UHGV virus genome: UHGV-1380525 | Length of the DNA stretch: 47,960 nucleotides | Direction: 5' to 3' (one strand) | DNA from: a virus | Shown: one piece after another, positions 35,668 to 45,814 of the stretch | Position numbering within the stretch: the first letter of the stretch is position 1 | How the letters are laid out: each line of letters opens with the position of its first letter | Program-made: the position numbers and the translations under genes | Notes under the pieces: model-generated | What the model saw: the letters and a program-made list of their open reading frames with translations, nothing else | What the model was told of the DNA's origin: nothing | Databases searched by the model: none

Positions 35668-38095
35668 TGTTCCTGCTGGCACTAATCTGTGGAGATGGCT
35701 GGAGAATTCCAGCCTTCCATCTGATATCAGGATTGCACTGAATGGCCGCATTTTTGGACCTGATGATGAATTGTCGATATCGTTAAAGCAAAACGATATT
35801 GTTAACATTTACTGTCAGCCTCGCGGCGCCATTGGCGACCTTATCAGCACGATACTCAAGCCTGTAACTAAGGTTCTTTCTTTTCTGCTGCCAAAAGCAT
35901 CAACGCCATCAACCAGCACCGGCACGACGGTTGAATCACCCAATAACAGCCTGAAATCGCAAACTAATATTGCGCGCAATGGAGAGGCAAGACCTGACAA
36001 CTTCGGTCAGATAAGGGCATTCCCTGACCTGATTCAGGAATCGCTTTTTGAATACATTGACGATCTGAAGTACGTCACTGAGTTCATGAACTTTGGCCTT
36101 GGGAAATACACCATTTCATCGGTTCGCTATGCGGAAACTAATCTTGGTTCTCTGCCCGGCGCCACTCATGTCATCTACAATCCAGGTGATGTGATCGGGC
36201 AAATCATTGAGCCTTACCAGTTCGACGGGCTTGATGGTCAGGAGGTTCCAGGACTGAACGAATCAGAGGACACCCCGATAGAGACAGCGACCACAACATC
36301 TGTTACCAGTGGTGATTATGCTGGCGGACAGTTGTTAATGGTCATACCAAAAAACACTGATTTCGATTACTTTATGGGCCTCTCTTTGCCGCACTCTGTG
36401 TCATTAACAATAAATATTACCTATAACTCGACATCCGGGCCAGTTACTGAAAATATTCAGCTTAGTGGCAACATCATTTCGGCTGAGGAAACTGAAACAG
36501 GCGTCATTCCTGATATTCAGTATTTCTATAATTTCACCTTCAATAACTTGACCGGCGCAAACCTTGGCAATCTGACCGGCGCAACCATCAACAACACTTA
36601 TTTCCAGATTGTGGATAATGAGGCGCTCGTTGTTGGCCCATATGTTGGAGCTGTGGAATCAACGCAGGTATGGGTTCATGTTCAGTCTGAGCTTGGTCCT
36701 ACCAGTGGCACAGCAGATTACCTGATCAAGGTATGGGCAGTTGATGATAATGGGGATGCCATTCCAGGAACTGAGGAGCAGCTTGCAGACAGTATTGACA
36801 ACCCATTCAATCAGACAACCAAAACCTATTATCGCACGTATAAGTTAACTCCTGCTCATGGGCTGGCTAAGTATGCCATCAGCATTGAAAGGACAAACAA
36901 CTCAAACTCTGGCAACCGCGTAACGTTGCAGGCGGCGCATGCCATCAATATCCGTGAAAACGTGGTTTATCCAGATGACACTCTGGTTAAAGTGACAGTG
37001 AAGGCCACGCTTCAGCCCACATCAGTTACTGAGCGCAAATATAATGCGCTGATTACCCGATGGACTATTGGATACAACAGAACAACCGGGACAGTCGACT
37101 ATACGTTAACTCCATCAAGAAGTTTTGCAGATTCAGTACTGCATAACTGGCTTATTACTGCTGGTCAGCCTGAAAGCACCATTGATATAGGCAGGCTCTA
37201 TGAAATAGCTGATGCGCTGCCTGATGCGCGCCTTGGGTATTTTGATTACACCTTTGACGATGAGGATAAGTCCATTGGTGAGCGAATTCAGACCATCTGT
37301 GATGCAGCTCGCGTGACGGTGTTTTGGGATGATGGCGTCTTATCGTTTTCAAGGGATGAGCAAAAATCAGCCCCTGAAACTGTGTTTAATACCAGAAACA
37401 CGCAGGCTGATGGCTATAAAATGTCTTATGACATGACTTTGCCAGGGGCATATGATGGCGTAAGCGTTCAGTACCGCGACCCAAACACCAACAAACAGGC
37501 TTACGTTTATTATAAAGTTGGCGCTTCTGGTATCGAACCTGGGGAGCCAACTAAACCGAAAAAATTCGACATGCTATACGTTCGAAATCTGTATCAGGCA
37601 ACAGACCGGGCTATGCTTGAGTGCAATCGCCTCATGTACTCACGTCGCGGAATGGAGATAAAAGCGCTTGCTGATGGCGAGTGGGTGAACGTTGGCGATA
37701 TGATTTCCGTTGTCGATATTTATGATTCAGTGCAGCAGACTGGTGTTATCCGCTCAAGGTCAGGAAATGTGTTCACCACCAGTGAGCAGCTCACAGCGGC
37801 AAGCAATCTGTTTGTGGTGATCACCGGCGCCAATGGTAATGTATCAGAACGTCTTGCTTGTGCCATTACTGGTTTGAACACATTCGAGTGCGCGTTGCCA
37901 TCTGATTTCGAGTTGAACATTTTTGACGGTGTTAATGTTCAGTCAGAATCAAGATATGCCATCTCCACAGAGGTCGAACTTGACTCAACGTTATGGACAG
38001 TCAGCCAGAAAACTCCAGGTACAGATGGCACGGTGTCTCTCACAGTAACTGAGTACAATGACGCCATGTACGCCTACACCAATCCTGTTGCGTGA
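35615..38095 (+). CDS. tail tip / central fibre protein (gpJ-like host specificity protein), 826 aa
   Basis: Size and synteny after the M/L/K-like genes. Confidence 0.7.
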   Translation: MPVIHIQKMPGVTKETGNVPAGTNLWRWLENSSLPSDIRIALNGRIFGPDDELSISLKQNDIVNIYCQPRGAIGDLISTILKPVTKVLSFLLPKASTPSTSTGTTVESPNNSLKSQTNIARNGEARPDNFGQIRAFPDLIQESLFEYIDDLKYVTEFMNFGLGKYTISSVRYAETNLGSLPGATHVIYNPGDVIGQIIEPYQFDGLDGQEVPGLNESEDTPIETATTTSVTSGDYAGGQLLMVIPKNTDFDYFMGLSLPHSVSLTINITYNSTSGPVTENIQLSGNIISAEETETGVIPDIQYFYNFTFNNLTGANLGNLTGATINNTYFQIVDNEALVVGPYVGAVESTQVWVHVQSELGPTSGTADYLIKVWAVDDNGDAIPGTEEQLADSIDNPFNQTTKTYYRTYKLTPAHGLAKYAISIERTNNSNSGNRVTLQAAHAINIRENVVYPDDTLVKVTVKATLQPTSVTERKYNALITRWTIGYNRTTGTVDYTLTPSRSFADSVLHNWLITAGQPESTIDIGRLYEIADALPDARLGYFDYTFDDEDKSIGERIQTICDAARVTVFWDDGVLSFSRDEQKSAPETVFNTRNTQADGYKMSYDMTLPGAYDGVSVQYRDPNTNKQAYVYYKVGASGIEPGEPTKPKKFDMLYVRNLYQATDRAMLECNRLMYSRRGMEIKALADGEWVNVGDMISVVDIYDSVQQTGVIRSRSGNVFTTSEQLTAASNLFVVITGANGNVSERLACAITGLNTFECALPSDFELNIFDGVNVQSESRYAISTEVELDSTLWTVSQKTPGTDGTVSLTVTEYNDAMYAYTNPVA

Positions 38096-38124
38096 TACAA
38101 TAGGGCAATTAATGATTACGGAGA

Positions 38125-40116
38125 TTGCAGCCGATGGCTACTACCCCAACTAACAAGCCGATCCCTTCTGAAGACCCGCGCGACCTGAAGTTTAACGCTG
38201 GGAAGATTGATGAAGAGGTCAACGGAAGTGCTGATTACTACACCGACCGATTCGGCATGCAGAGGCTGACTAATACCGGAAGGAATAACCAGTTCCAGGC
38301 AGCTCAGACTCAAAGGGAGTCTGATTTCCAGCAATTCCTCTTGAATTCTGGTTATAAGTTTTTAGGAGATTATGAAAATGGGCCTTATACAATTGCCGCT
38401 CGTAATCAGATTATTCGTTATCAGAATGAATTCTGGCGTTTAAATGCGGCTACCAATCCACCATACACAACCACGGGTATTAATAGTACATCATGGGCTA
38501 CCGATGTTACGCATTTGGTGAGCGTTGGTGATGCTAATTTGAGGCAGGAATTATCTTCGTCTGTAATACCGGGGACTTCATTAGTAACCCACTCTGATGG
38601 TATACAGCTCGATGATTATATGGAGATTTTTAACAGAAGAACTAAGTTTATAATGCCGGAGGATTTCCCAGGCACTGACACCGAACAGTTACTGGCCGCA
38701 AACAGCTATGCGAAAGCAAACAGAGTCAATGTGGTGTTACAGGCGGGGAAAACCTATTATGTAACCGGGTCGCAAGGGTTGGAAGTAGATTTAGGGTACT
38801 ATTCTTTCGAGAGCCCCAATGGCATTGCCTATATTGACTTTACTGGTTGTACGGCCACTTACTGCTTGTGGGTCCATTCCAGCCGACCGTATCCTGCTGG
38901 GTCGGAGAACCACTGTACAGCCATGCGCGGTATAAAATTTAAAAGCTCGATCAAAGGTATTAGTCAGCGGTTGCTGCTAACTGGAAACAATAACGATTCC
39001 AGCAACGGCACCTATAATGGTGATTGTAAAATCGAAAACTGTATTTTTTCTACTGCTGACATTGTTTTAGGTGCCTCTAACAGTACCTGGCGTTATAAAT
39101 TCATTAATTGCGGATTTATGATGGAGTCACCTGGAGGTACATATGCGATGCACTTCCCGGTGGGCATTTCGGACTCTGGAGAGTCGGTTACTTTTCAAAA
39201 TTGCAAAATATTCGACATGAAAGGATGCCCGATACTTGTTGAATGCGCAAGTTTTGCCATTGGGATGCCTGGCACATCGGTATTGAATACCCCGATTAAG
39301 ATAACTGGTAACGGTGCCATGGTCATCTTGGATTCGGCGGCCAACATTGAAAATCCAGGCGCGTCGGAGTGGTATCGCTACGGGGAAGTAACAGGAACTG
39401 GCGCGCGGCTCATCCTTAATGGGTGTACACTTGTGTGTAACAAGCCGTCGCTGCAAACGAAACCATTATTCTACGTGGGGGCAAACGCCTTCATCGATGT
39501 AACCCTTGTTAAAACACCAGGAAATGATTATCTCTTTCAGAATGGAGACGAAGGATTAAGAACTTTTGTTGAGGGAGATGGGTATGTTACCGCAACTCAT
39601 TGTATAGGAGATATCTTGTCCGGGGTGGGAAATATTCCACTCCATAAATCCCTTAACCCAACATTGAATCCCGGATTTGAGACAGGGGATTTATCATCGT
39701 GGACATTTAATAATCAGAGTTCTGCCAGTCAAACATGTGTAGTTGGTACAGCATATAAGAAAACAGGCACTTATGGTGCGAGAATGACATCGTTCGGGTC
39801 GTTAAGTTGTTTCTTAGTTCAAAAGGTAAAAGTAACACAGCATGGTTATTACTCGACAACGTGTCAAATCAATACAATAACGGCTGGAACAGGAGCAACA
39901 GCAGGGGCGTTAACCGTTACATTTTACGATAGGGCTGGCAACCCCCTCCAATCAGGTGCAAGTAGTAATTTTACTAACACCCCGAGCGGATGGCAATCTG
40001 TAGGACGGTTCATACAGGGTCGCGTGCCACAAGCCGCTGAGTACTGCGAAGTATCTATCCGCTGCCGTGAAGGTGCGGTGATCGACGTCGATAATTTCAT
40101 TATTAATTTTACATAG
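38125..40116 (+). CDS. tail fibre/tailspike with a conserved N-terminal anchor, central right-handed beta-helix (pectate-lyase-like) and a C-terminal carbohydrate-binding-like domain
   Basis: The N-terminal ~150 aa are predicted anchor-like. Beta-helix-like repeats occur at NCGFMMESPGG and FQNCKIFDMKGCP. C-terminal jelly-roll-like segment at GDLSSWTFNNQSS... Confidence 0.7.
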   Translation: MQPMATTPTNKPIPSEDPRDLKFNAGKIDEEVNGSADYYTDRFGMQRLTNTGRNNQFQAAQTQRESDFQQFLLNSGYKFLGDYENGPYTIAARNQIIRYQNEFWRLNAATNPPYTTTGINSTSWATDVTHLVSVGDANLRQELSSSVIPGTSLVTHSDGIQLDDYMEIFNRRTKFIMPEDFPGTDTEQLLAANSYAKANRVNVVLQAGKTYYVTGSQGLEVDLGYYSFESPNGIAYIDFTGCTATYCLWVHSSRPYPAGSENHCTAMRGIKFKSSIKGISQRLLLTGNNNDSSNGTYNGDCKIENCIFSTADIVLGASNSTWRYKFINCGFMMESPGGTYAMHFPVGISDSGESVTFQNCKIFDMKGCPILVECASFAIGMPGTSVLNTPIKITGNGAMVILDSAANIENPGASEWYRYGEVTGTGARLILNGCTLVCNKPSLQTKPLFYVGANAFIDVTLVKTPGNDYLFQNGDEGLRTFVEGDGYVTATHCIGDILSGVGNIPLHKSLNPTLNPGFETGDLSSWTFNNQSSASQTCVVGTAYKKTGTYGARMTSFGSLSCFLVQKVKVTQHGYYSTTCQINTITAGTGATAGALTVTFYDRAGNPLQSGASSNFTNTPSGWQSVGRFIQGRVPQAAEYCEVSIRCREGAVIDVDNFIINFT

Positions 40117-40125
40117 AGGTGTTAA

Positions 40126-40299
40126 ATGTTAAAAGTAAATGTGTGGTTTATGACAACTGACGCTCTTCCGGTTACAGTGGAAATAGATGATGGCGGCTCA
40201 TCGTTTTCCGACGAAATTGAAAAACAAGATTATGTGTTAGATTACTTAATGAACAATGGGTTTTCTGACAAAGAAGAATTGACATTTAAGATAGTTTAA
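40126..40299 (+). CDS. hypothetical acidic protein, 57 aa
   Basis: AGAGGTG RBS. Followed by a terminator. Confidence 0.45.
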   Translation: MLKVNVWFMTTDALPVTVEIDDGGSSFSDEIEKQDYVLDYLMNNGFSDKEELTFKIV

Positions 40300-40320
40300 G
40301 GGGCTTACGCCCCTTTTATT
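40298..40320 (+). terminator. rho-independent terminator
   Basis: ggggc-ttac-gcccc followed by ttttatttt. Confidence 0.8.
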
Positions 40321-40338
40321 TTAAATTTTTGCATTATG

Positions 40339-40358
40339 ATTTAGCATTAATGCTAAAT
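40339..40358. repeat. 20-bp perfect palindrome ATTTAGCATTAATGCTAAAT
   Basis: Read directly. Confidence 0.9.
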
Positions 40359-40416
40359 TTACACAAAAATCTAGCACCTTGCGCATTTCGTTCCATGTCT
40401 ATACGGTCTTTTTGCG

Positions 40417-40432
40417 CTGGAAAAATTTCCAG
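40417..40432. repeat. 16-bp perfect palindrome CTGGAAAAATTTCCAG
   Basis: Read directly. Confidence 0.9.
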
Positions 40433-40528
40433 GGGTCTAATTCAATATTAAACCCTGAATAAACATCGAAACATAAAACTTTATCATTTTTGAATTCCTT
40501 TGCGATAACTAGTGTTGCATCAGGCCCT

Positions 40529-40560
40529 GGCAATCCGTATATGTATAATTACGGATTGCC
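40529..40560. repeat. 11-bp inverted repeat GGCAATCCGTA / TACGGATTGCC around a TATGTATAAT loop
   Basis: Read directly. Confidence 0.9.
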
Positions 40561-40624
40561 TAAAATTACATCAACACCATGTTCATCTTTCATAGTCATA
40601 TACCTTATGTTGTTTTTTGAAAAC

Positions 40625-40699
40625 TCAAAACGGAATATCATCGTCAAAATCCATCGGCGGCTCGTTTGCCGGTGTTTTTTGTGTGCTTGATGGTTTCAT
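40625..40699 (-). CDS. micro-ORF (23 aa) encoding an SSB C-terminal-tail-like peptide, MKPSSTQKTPANEPPMDFDDDIPF. It is a partial duplicate of the 3' end of the 43895..44431 gene.
   Basis: Hand translation. TGAATG junction with the VRR-NUC stop. DNA and peptide both resemble ...EEPPVDFDDDVPF of the DUF669 gene. Weak RBS. Confidence 0.3.
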   Translation of the reverse strand: MKPSSTQKTPANEPPMDFDDDIPF

Positions 40700-41158
40700 T
40701 CAAAAGCTATCAATTTGTATACTCTTATCATGATGCTTTTTCAAAGGGTAATACGTTGCTCTCCAGCCATTGAATGCCATCATGGCTGCTTCCCATCCAA
40801 GGCATACGCACACAAAGCACCCCGCTCTTTTACTTGCCTCGAGATACTCAAGCTGACCATCCTCCCATTCGCAAAGTGTATGGTCTCTCCTCTTCATCTC
40901 AATGACAAGCGAGGGGTTCCCAGGGATTATTATATCTGAAGCTCCTTTGTTTAAAGCCCCCTTCTTTTTTAGATTATTAACTTCGTGCGCTCTTCTCTTT
41001 CCCTCGTTTGGGACGTGAAGAGCAAGGCGCCCAAAACTGTCAGGATACATTTTCTTCAACTGATTTATGAATGTTACAAGTTCAGCATCTTCTACAGGAC
41101 ATTTTTTATTGCGGTAGTCCTTTTCACCATAAATTTTTAACCATTCTGGAAAAATCAT
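40700..41158 (-). CDS. VRR-NUC domain nuclease, 152 aa
   Basis: PD-(D/E)xK-like DIIIPG...LVIEMKRRD. Confidence 0.65.
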   Translation of the reverse strand: MIFPEWLKIYGEKDYRNKKCPVEDAELVTFINQLKKMYPDSFGRLALHVPNEGKRRAHEVNNLKKKGALNKGASDIIIPGNPSLVIEMKRRDHTLCEWEDGQLEYLEASKRAGCFVCVCLGWEAAMMAFNGWRATYYPLKKHHDKSIQIDSF

Positions 41159-43020
41159 AATTCACCCCAGTACATACCTTTCACATTGTAATATTTGCTG
41201 CCTTTATCCTTTCTGAACATAATGGCAGTAGGATATGTAGCATCTTCTCTTCTCGATAGTGCTTCATCTATCTCCAGCACTTCTCCAAAAGATTTAATAC
41301 TGAAATCCTCCCACTCTCTTCTTTGCCATGTCTTTTCTGCCATAGGTTTAAAGAACTTGTTAACGAACCATGGTGACTGCTCAATAGCAAACTTAACTAC
41401 CAACATATCATCACCACTGCTTACATAGTGGCGAGTTATGCTCATCATTGTAACTTTTGATTGCTTGGTTGCATCAGGAGCAGAGTCAAGCCTTGCCGCT
41501 TCTTCCTGTAGCTTCTGGTTAGGGTCGATTATTTCTGCTTTACAACTCACGCAGTTACGCGCAGCAATATCATTTTCAAAACCACAATCAGGACATTCTT
41601 TGAATGACCATTTATGCGTGCAGCGACGCATTTCACGCAGCGCACCAACCATAATATAGTTCTTACAGCGGCGCCCAAAGTGTCCGGGCATTGGCTTTTG
41701 CCCTATCTTTTCGCCAGATTTATCATAAATATCTACCATTATTCTGTCACCAGCGAGATCAAGCCAATATCCCTCACTGTCCATATCAAGGCCTTCTGGA
41801 TTTGGACGCACTCCAAATTCATTAACAAATCCGCAAGATGGGCATTTTACTTCCATTGGAACAGACGGTTTTTTTCGTGTTGCTTTAATCTCAGGAGTAA
41901 ACAGGTCTCCTGTCTCAGCAAAATGACGCTCTATGTTTCCTGCATAGTCGCTAACGAGAAAGTTTTCCTTCCCTTCGTAAAGCCTTGTCCCACGGCCTAT
42001 TATCTGCTGATACAGGCGCTGAGATTCTGTGGCGCGCATAACTGCAATGTGATCGCAGTGCGGAACATCCACACCAACTGTAAGTATATTCTGGTTGACA
42101 ATGTATTTAACCTTCTGAGCCTTAAAGTCTGATATAGCCTTGTTGCGCTCAGCAGTAGGCATATCACCGAAAACATAGCTATAACTACCAGGAGGCAGAG
42201 ATTCCATAATCTCCATGGCATGCTTTTTCGTGCTGGCGAAAATCATAGTTCCCCGGCGATTCACTGATCGCCTGACGATATCCTCAACAATGCGAGACGT
42301 CTTGCGTCCTTTTCCAACCATGGCGCGCTCTACCGATGCCGTTGTATAACGCCCAAGCTTATCCTTCTCAAGTCCAGAGGTATCATATTCTTCTTCTACG
42401 TGCTCAGTAACTGGAGGCGTCAGGTAGCCATTATCAATCAGGAATTTTGCCTCAAGCTCATAAACAACCTTGTCATAGTAAGGATCAATGGCCGTTTCTT
42501 CGTCGGTTGGACCATCAATATAGTGCTCTTTATATATATAACCCGTACCAAGGCGATAAGGCGTTGCGGTCATGCCAATGATGCGCAGCTTTGGGTTGCG
42601 ACGCCTCATCTCATTAATAATAAATTTAATGGTTGGCGTGATTCCGTCGCACTCGTCAATAATTACAGCTCCATATTTATCGCCGAACATTTCAATAGAG
42701 TTTTTGATTGTGACAGGAGAGCCAAAAACAACAGGGTGGCGAAGATTTTTAGGGCCAGCCTTGGCGCTGAACATGCTTGCTGGCTCGCCAGTCATAGATA
42801 AAAAGCGCAACCTATTCTGCACAACTAACTCGCTGGTGGGGGCTACGCATAAGACTCTCTTACCAGTATTCCCCCACAACCAATTTGCAATAGAGGCAAC
42901 GACGGCGCTCTTTCCGCTGCCTGTTGGTAGAATAATCATACACGATGATATGCTGGATTTTATATGCCTGATCACTGCATCAACTGCTTCTTCTTGATAT
43001 GGTCTAAGCTTAAAAGTCAT
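41155..43020 (-). CDS. SF2 DEAD/DEAH-box helicase (type III restriction res-subunit-like) with C-terminal zinc ribbons
   Basis: Walker A ILPTGSGKS. DExD box IIDECD. Two CPxCG zinc ribbons in the C-terminal half. AGGTGA RBS for the MTFKL start. Confidence 0.85.
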   Translation of the reverse strand: MTFKLRPYQEEAVDAVIRHIKSSISSCMIILPTGSGKSAVVASIANWLWGNTGKRVLCVAPTSELVVQNRLRFLSMTGEPASMFSAKAGPKNLRHPVVFGSPVTIKNSIEMFGDKYGAVIIDECDGITPTIKFIINEMRRRNPKLRIIGMTATPYRLGTGYIYKEHYIDGPTDEETAIDPYYDKVVYELEAKFLIDNGYLTPPVTEHVEEEYDTSGLEKDKLGRYTTASVERAMVGKGRKTSRIVEDIVRRSVNRRGTMIFASTKKHAMEIMESLPPGSYSYVFGDMPTAERNKAISDFKAQKVKYIVNQNILTVGVDVPHCDHIAVMRATESQRLYQQIIGRGTRLYEGKENFLVSDYAGNIERHFAETGDLFTPEIKATRKKPSVPMEVKCPSCGFVNEFGVRPNPEGLDMDSEGYWLDLAGDRIMVDIYDKSGEKIGQKPMPGHFGRRCKNYIMVGALREMRRCTHKWSFKECPDCGFENDIAARNCVSCKAEIIDPNQKLQEEAARLDSAPDATKQSKVTMMSITRHYVSSGDDMLVVKFAIEQSPWFVNKFFKPMAEKTWQRREWEDFSIKSFGEVLEIDEALSRREDATYPTAIMFRKDKGSKYYNVKGMYWGEL

Positions 43021-43789
43021 TTTCATCACCTAAAAATTTAAATTTCTTACCTTTGACTGTTTTTTTGTTTTTGATAGCCCATGATATTGCACTGCCAGTA
43101 ACACCAACTGACTCAGCAGCAAGGCTTACTGTATCGTAAGAATTTCCACAAGAATCAATAACTGCCTTGCTAGTAGGTGAATTTCTACCAGACCTATACC
43201 CTTTTAGATTGCTTGTGAACTTATAATTACCAGAGTTATAATCATCAAGATATGCAAATCTGAACCCGCCAGCTGTACCACCTTCCTTTATGGCGTAATG
43301 AATATTACCTCCATGCTTTCTTCTTGCAGCAGTTAGTGTCTCAAAAACCTCGCCGGTATCTATATTGATTATTGGCCTTGCCTTTGGATTCATTGCGCCA
43401 ACTCTTTTAGACGCCATATCACCAATGATCTTTTTTGTTAAATCTGTATGTCTTTTCCCGTAATTTGGGTTTCCAGAGCCACTCATCAGTGTGGAAGCAA
43501 CCTGTCTGGCGTAGTGAAATGACCATGATGTATACCTTTTTCCACTCTTTCTACATTGCGATGTCATGGCAAAAAATGCTAACCCCATAGATTGATTCCT
43601 GTGAATCTTCCATAAGAGCCAGTGAATGATAAAGTGCTCTCTTCCAGTAAGAGTTACCAAGTTTCCCTTTTCATCTGTCCCACCCATACTTTTAGGAAGT
43701 ACATGATGCCTCTCCGTATAAACTTCCTTTGGTAACTTCCTGTTTTTTGCATTTTCAATTATTGAATCATGCACCTTTTGATAGTTCAT
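43010..43789 (-). CDS. HNH homing endonuclease with NUMOD3-like repeats, about 260 aa
   Basis: ERHHVLPKSMGGTDEKGNLVTLTGREHFIIH is the HNH motif. GNPNYGKRHT and GAMNPKARPI are NUMOD3-like. AAAGGAGAAAGC RBS. Own promoter. A terminator lies just upstream. Confidence 0.8.
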   Translation of the reverse strand: MNYQKVHDSIIENAKNRKLPKEVYTERHHVLPKSMGGTDEKGNLVTLTGREHFIIHWLLWKIHRNQSMGLAFFAMTSQCRKSGKRYTSWSFHYARQVASTLMSGSGNPNYGKRHTDLTKKIIGDMASKRVGAMNPKARPIINIDTGEVFETLTAARRKHGGNIHYAIKEGGTAGGFRFAYLDDYNSGNYKFTSNLKGYRSGRNSPTSKAVIDSCGNSYDTVSLAAESVGVTGSAISWAIKNKKTVKGKKFKFLGDENDF

Positions 43790-43851
43790 GCTTTCTCCTT
43801 TTTTGATTAACGAATTGTACATTAAATTCAAAACAGACGAAAGTGAATTGA

Positions 43852-43878
43852 TGTAAAAAAAGGGCCACGAATGGCCCT
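43852..43878 (-). terminator. rho-independent terminator on the minus strand after the DUF669 gene
   Basis: Minus strand reads AGGGCCA-TTCG-TGGCCCT followed by T7. Confidence 0.7.
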
Positions 43879-43894
43879 TGGTTATTTATTTAAA

Positions 43895-44431
43895 TCAAAA
43901 TGGTACATCATCGTCGAAGTCAACCGGCGGCTCTTCATCCTGCTGCTTTGCCGTTTGCTTTTGTTGCTTTGCTGCTGGAGCGGATTTAGTCTTCTGGCGA
44001 CCAAATACCCCGGCAACGTAGTTGCCTGACTTCTGCTTATCGTCAGACTGCCAGACGCGAAGCAGGAGGATCATCGGGCGGTTAGCCAGCGCACTTGCGA
44101 TTGCAAAATCAGTAGGCTCTTTCCCTGACGCCATCAATTTACCTCCAGCGTTTGCATCAATTGCTGCCAGCATGCTGATGGCGTTATCGCGCTGCTTATC
44201 CTTCTGGCTGAACACTTTCAGCTTCTGGAATATGATGCGGTTTTTGTAATCACCGTCCAGGATGCGCCATTTAAGGTTAAAGAAGCGCTCACCTTCCCAT
44301 TCATCGTCCTTGCACTCCTCCACCGCTGCCAGCACGCGGGTGCCATCAGGAATAACCTCAAAACCACCACCAGCCTCAAATTCAGACTTTGACTCAACTT
44401 CTTTACCGTCAGAAAGATTCCAGAAACCCAT
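43895..44431 (-). CDS. DUF669-like single-strand DNA-binding/annealing accessory protein with an SSB-type acidic tail (DFDDDVPF)
   Basis: C-terminal ...EEPPVDFDDDVPF. Synteny with the Gp157 and Sak4-like genes. Confidence 0.55.
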   Translation of the reverse strand: MGFWNLSDGKEVESKSEFEAGGGFEVIPDGTRVLAAVEECKDDEWEGERFFNLKWRILDGDYKNRIIFQKLKVFSQKDKQRDNAISMLAAIDANAGGKLMASGKEPTDFAIASALANRPMILLLRVWQSDDKQKSGNYVAGVFGRQKTKSAPAAKQQKQTAKQQDEEPPVDFDDDVPF

Positions 44432-44447
44432 TTTTATGTCCTCTCGA

Positions 44448-44927
44448 TTATTTGATGATCAGCTTTGGTTTTCCATCAGTGATGGCACAACCTTTAATTT
44501 CAGTTCCGGCTTTCAGTGCCGCTTTAATGGCTGCATTATCTGCCGAAAATTTTACAACGCGATACTGCTCTGGCAACTGCTCAACCGGGACAAACACATC
44601 CAAAACATGAGACGGTTTGCCAAGCGTGATGCTGAACAGCTTGCCTTTGATATTCGTTTTTCCAGATGCCAGCATGTTCTGACGAAGATAATCTTTAAGG
44701 TTATCTATCTTCGCAGTCAGCACACGTTTGCGTTCTGACAGGCGATCAATCTCAGCCTTCATGCCAGCCTCATCCGCCTCAAGCTCGCTGATATAAGCGG
44801 CCACCATCTCGGCCTTTCCTTCAAACTCCTCCTCAATCAGGTTAATGGTATCTTCAATCTGCTCGCGCGGAATATCTTCCATCGCAAGCAGTTCGTTAAG
44901 CTGTTTCGTTATCTCGTAAAGACGCAT
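44448..44927 (-). CDS. Siphovirus Gp157-family protein, 159 aa
   Basis: Coiled-coil N-terminus. Position between the Sak4-like ATPase and the DUF669 gene. Confidence 0.55.
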   Translation of the reverse strand: MRLYEITKQLNELLAMEDIPREQIEDTINLIEEEFEGKAEMVAAYISELEADEAGMKAEIDRLSERKRVLTAKIDNLKDYLRQNMLASGKTNIKGKLFSITLGKPSHVLDVFVPVEQLPEQYRVVKFSADNAAIKAALKAGTEIKGCAITDGKPKLIIK

Positions 44928-45738
44928 AATACTTAATCTCTGTCAGAAGTGGATTTTCGCCTTTATCAAACTGAATCTCAGGCTCAAGGTTGAAGCGATT
45001 TTTCGCATTGACGTAACCAACCCGGCCATCACCGGAGGTGACAAGTACACGTTGCCCGGTCTGCACAACTTTACCGAACTTAGTTACCTGCCCTTTTTTA
45101 TCTGTCTCAGTACCCTTCACAAACTCCTCATTGCGGATATAGATAACAGCATCGCTAAGCGCAACGTAACCATCAATACTGGCTTCGTGCATGTTGAGAG
45201 TATAAACGGTGTACTCGTCAGAATCAGGTCGGTTCTTCATCTTACGTATGCCGGCATGCGCAAGATAAATGATGCTCATCCCTTTGTTAGAGCGAAGATA
45301 CTTGCATGCGTTAATAATTTCAGCATGCATCTCAGCCACAACCAGATAGCCCTTGTTGTAACCACCAGCTGCTGCTCCAACGTTATCTACTCCATAGTTT
45401 TCGCAAACCTCATGCTCAAACATGGCGTGGAGGCTGGTGATAGAGTCGATAACCAGAGTTTTATAGTCATGCTCTTCTGTGATAAGAGCGCGCAACTGCG
45501 ACAACAAGTCTTCTTTGGTACTAGTTTTACGCTTTGCATCAGCCCGCTTCAGAACCGGGAATGAATCAGGCTTGTTTTCTTCGTCCCAGTCATCGAATAC
45601 GCCTGTAATCTCTTCCGCCTGAATGAAAACAGGCTTTGGGAAGAGCGCCGCCAGAGTCGTCTTGCCAACACCAGGGGTGCCAACAAGAGTAATGATAGGT
45701 GCAACTGGTTTTGGTTTTTGAATCATTGATAAGCTCAT
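44896..45738 (-). CDS. Sak4-like RecA-fold ATPase (AAA_24 family)
   Basis: Walker A LVGTPGVGKTT. Walker B-like LVIDSITS. GAGAGGA RBS. Confidence 0.7.
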   Translation of the reverse strand: MSLSMIQKPKPVAPIITLVGTPGVGKTTLAALFPKPVFIQAEEITGVFDDWDEENKPDSFPVLKRADAKRKTSTKEDLLSQLRALITEEHDYKTLVIDSITSLHAMFEHEVCENYGVDNVGAAAGGYNKGYLVVAEMHAEIINACKYLRSNKGMSIIYLAHAGIRKMKNRPDSDEYTVYTLNMHEASIDGYVALSDAVIYIRNEEFVKGTETDKKGQVTKFGKVVQTGQRVLVTSGDGRVGYVNAKNRFNLEPEIQFDKGENPLLTEIKYYASLRDNETA

Positions 45739-45781
45739 AGTGTCCTCTCGAATAACTCAGCGTTGTTGCTGGTGTGACTAA

Positions 45782-45810
45782 AAGATACGACAGGACATTC
45801 GTCAGGTCAA
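45782..45810 (-). promoter_or_regulatory. leftward promoter TTGACC-17-TATCTT for the replication/recombination operon
   Basis: Read on the minus strand. Confidence 0.45.
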
Positions 45811-45814
45811 TAGC

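Noticed and set aside
40490-40690. 66-aa ORF in the palindromic intergenic region
   Set aside because: No RBS. The product is low-complexity. The ORF runs through the hairpin elements and overlaps the SSB-tail micro-ORF on the other strand.
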